Positions 62,209-64,000 of a stretch of DNA of 64,000 nucleotides are shown here, in pieces (position 1 is the stretch's first letter; each line of letters begins with the position of its first letter). The stretch is from positions 1 through 64,000 of the forward strand of contig CAWBKP010000010.1 of NCBI GenBank assembly GCA_963789395.1, read 5' to 3'. This DNA is from an uncultured delta proteobacterium (GTDB lineage Bacteria > Desulfobacterota > Desulfobacteria > Desulfobacterales > Desulfatirhabdiaceae). Under the pieces are notes generated by a model. The model saw only the letters and a list, made by a program, of their open reading frames with translations, was not told where the DNA came from and did not search any database. Position numbers and translations under genes: made by a program.

Positions 62209-63291
62209 CTATACGCGTGAATAGCTGACGCTGTCCTTTTCAAACTCGGCAATTACTTGATCGCTCAAAGACGGGGGTACTTTCGGCAGGATCTGGATGA
62301 TTGTCTCCGTGTTTACCCGGTAGTCTTCTTTGCTGGCAAGCTCCTGCTCGAATGCAAAATGCGCGACCTGCTGAAAAAGATACTGGATATCCGAAGGCGT
62401 GAACCCGGATGTCATTTCGACGATGCGATCCAGATCGATTTGTCCGGTATTGAGCTTGGAAAGATAATGTTCAAGAATCGTTGTCCTGCCCTCCCTGTCC
62501 AGTCCCCCAACCGGAATGATGCAGTCAAATCGCCCCGGACGCAGCATTGCGGCATCCAGTTGCCGGATGTAATTGGTGGCACACATCAGAAGGATCTTGT
62601 TCTTCTGATTCTTCAGCAACGGGATTTGTTTCAGGAACTCGTTCGTAATGGACTTGTCAATCCGGTCAGCCGTATCCCGACTGCCTGCGATCTCCTCGAA
62701 CTCATCGATGAATAGGACCACTTTATCAAGATGCCTTGCCTCTTCCATGATTTCCCGCAGATTGGCGCCTATCTTCTCGACCCCGTCCGCCATGAGCATG
62801 CTGGGGAAGATCTCTATGTACCGCCAGGACAGGATGCCGGCGATCGCCTTTACAAAATGGGTCTTCCCCGTACCCGGAGGCCCGAAGAAAACGATCGCCT
62901 TCGGCGGAACAACCCCGTGCTTTATCGAGAGATTCTCCTCCATAAGGGGAAGAATGATTCGGCGTTGGACCAACTGCTTGGGGGGCTGTGAGTCGGATAT
63001 GGTATCCCAGATTTCTCTGCCGATGGCCTGTGCTCCCATCTCATACAAGATACTCTTGCGTTGATGGGCTAAGTACTCATCAGGAGCCTGCTCTATATTT
63101 TCCAGGAAATCGATGCAGGCAGTCCGCAATCCCACATCCCGGCCGAGTTTTTCGGAGAGAAGCCACTTGTGCTTCAATATCTTGGACCAAAGGTCGGAGG
63201 AGACATCCGGTTCAAACGCCACCCCGCTGAGTTCAAGAATTCTAGTTGCAGACTCTTCTGGTGATAGGATTTCCGGCAGAATATCATTCAT
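62209..63291 (-). CDS. AAA+ ATPase with N-terminal DUF4032-like domain
   Basis: ILKHKWLLSEKLGRDVG; GPPGTGKT, FIDEFE, ATN...LDAAMLRPGRFD. Start is probably the ATG at 63291. Confidence 0.82.
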   Translation of the reverse strand: MNDILPEILSPEESATRILELSGVAFEPDVSSDLWSKILKHKWLLSEKLGRDVGLRTACIDFLENIEQAPDEYLAHQRKSILYEMGAQAIGREIWDTISDSQPPKQLVQRRIILPLMEENLSIKHGVVPPKAIVFFGPPGTGKTHFVKAIAGILSWRYIEIFPSMLMADGVEKIGANLREIMEEARHLDKVVLFIDEFEEIAGSRDTADRIDKSITNEFLKQIPLLKNQKNKILLMCATNYIRQLDAAMLRPGRFDCIIPVGGLDREGRTTILEHYLSKLNTGQIDLDRIVEMTSGFTPSDIQYLFQQVAHFAFEQELASKEDYRVNTETIIQILPKVPPSLSDQVIAEFEKDSVSYSRV

Positions 63292-63564
63292 ACTATAATT
63301 ATACCTTGTTCTGGAATTTGGTGACATGAGTTTATTGTAACGTTTTGCTTGGAGAATCAGATATAGATAGGGACGTACATAAATATATAAATTATATTCC
63401 ATGGACATATTGGTTTCAGCAGCAAATTGCACATCGCGTTCAATGCCTTTCACGATATGGCGATACATTGCATAGATGGTCATCACATGCAAGCTTATCT
63501 TAGCATGATTTCCCTTTAAATGACACCGATTGCTATTTAAAACTTATTTATTTATGTACCCCTA

Positions 63565-64000
63565 TCATTGCCTGGATTTTTTGTAGCGCCGGATCAGGGT
63601 GTTGGTAGAGCTGTCATGACTGAGCTGGCGCTTGTCCCCGGTCTCAAGTTCGGGAATGATGCGCGCGGCAAGCGCCTTGCCCAGTTCGACCCCCCACTGG
63701 TCGAATGAGTCGATGCCCCAGATGGCACCTTGCGTGAAGACGCTGTGTTCGTAAAGTGCCACGAGTTTGCCCAGCGCCTCCGGCGTCAGCCGTTCCATAA
63801 GGATCGTGCTGGAGGGGCGGTTGCCCGTGAAGGTCCGGTGCGGCGCCAGCCATTCGGGGATGCCCTCGGCCTGAACCTCCTGCGATGTTTTGCCGAATGC
63901 CAGCGCCTCTGCCTGGGCAAACACGTTGGCCAGGAGCAGGTCGTGGTGCCGGCCAAGCGGGTTGAGCGGCTGAATAAATCCGATGAAATCGCAGGGAATG
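63565..64000 (-). CDS. pgi: Glucose-6-phosphate isomerase, 3' part (continues beyond the window)
   Basis: IPCDFIG...[48 protein letters not shown]. Confidence 0.95.
   Translation of the reverse strand, partial: IPCDFIGFIQPLNPLGRHHDLLLANVFAQAEALAFGKTSQEVQAEGIPEWLAPHRTFTGNRPSSTILMERLTPEALGKLVALYEHSVFTQGAIWGIDSFDQWGVELGKALAARIIPELETGDKRQLSHDSSTNTLIRRYKKSRQ

Noticed and set aside
1..64000. tRNA or rRNA genes and an island-bounding integrase or att site
   Set aside because: None recognised by eye; the island's left boundary probably lies outside the window.

Overview
Bacterial DNA, probably from an anaerobic Desulfobacterota/Syntrophales-like organism (desulfoferrodoxin, 2-oxoacid:ferredoxin oxidoreductase, sigma54 signalling). 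The taxon is an inference. The window has two halves. (1) 1-40250 is an almost entirely minus-strand, mosaic and partly decayed island of general-stress-type genes (CsbD, BON, DUF3309, DUF883/holin/DUF3618, Spy/CpxP, AI-2E, DUF2254, superoxide reductase, small alarmone synthetase). It is punctuated by five copies of a ~150-bp promoter module: a sigma54 -24/-12 site, an IHF-like site, and a tandem palindrome GGTCATATTTAACC-N3/4-GGTCATATATGACC fixed 102-104 bp upstream. The island also encodes a 5-PAS hybrid kinase and a sigma54 activator, the likely controllers. Embedded cargo includes an IS3-bracketed oleate hydratase, a 159-bp MITE, and a U32 / methyltransferase / type III PKS operon that may be an O2-independent phenolic-lipid or quinone pathway. 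(2) 40670-61932 is a lipid biosynthetic cluster: GT-B-like protein, radical SAM, extended SDR, ceramide-synthase-like GNAT, permuted-papain lipoprotein, ER-KS-AT-ACP-KR-DH PKS, PPTase, ABC exporter, EptA-like transferase and a FAAL-ACP-oxoamine synthase fusion. It looks like a PKS-fed sphingolipid/ceramide-like pathway. A DUF4032-AAA ATPase and the 3' end of pgi close the window. Many otherwise intact genes carry single-base indels, most likely sequencing or assembly errors. No rRNA, tRNA or CRISPR array was seen. All family calls come from motif recognition by eye, not database searches.
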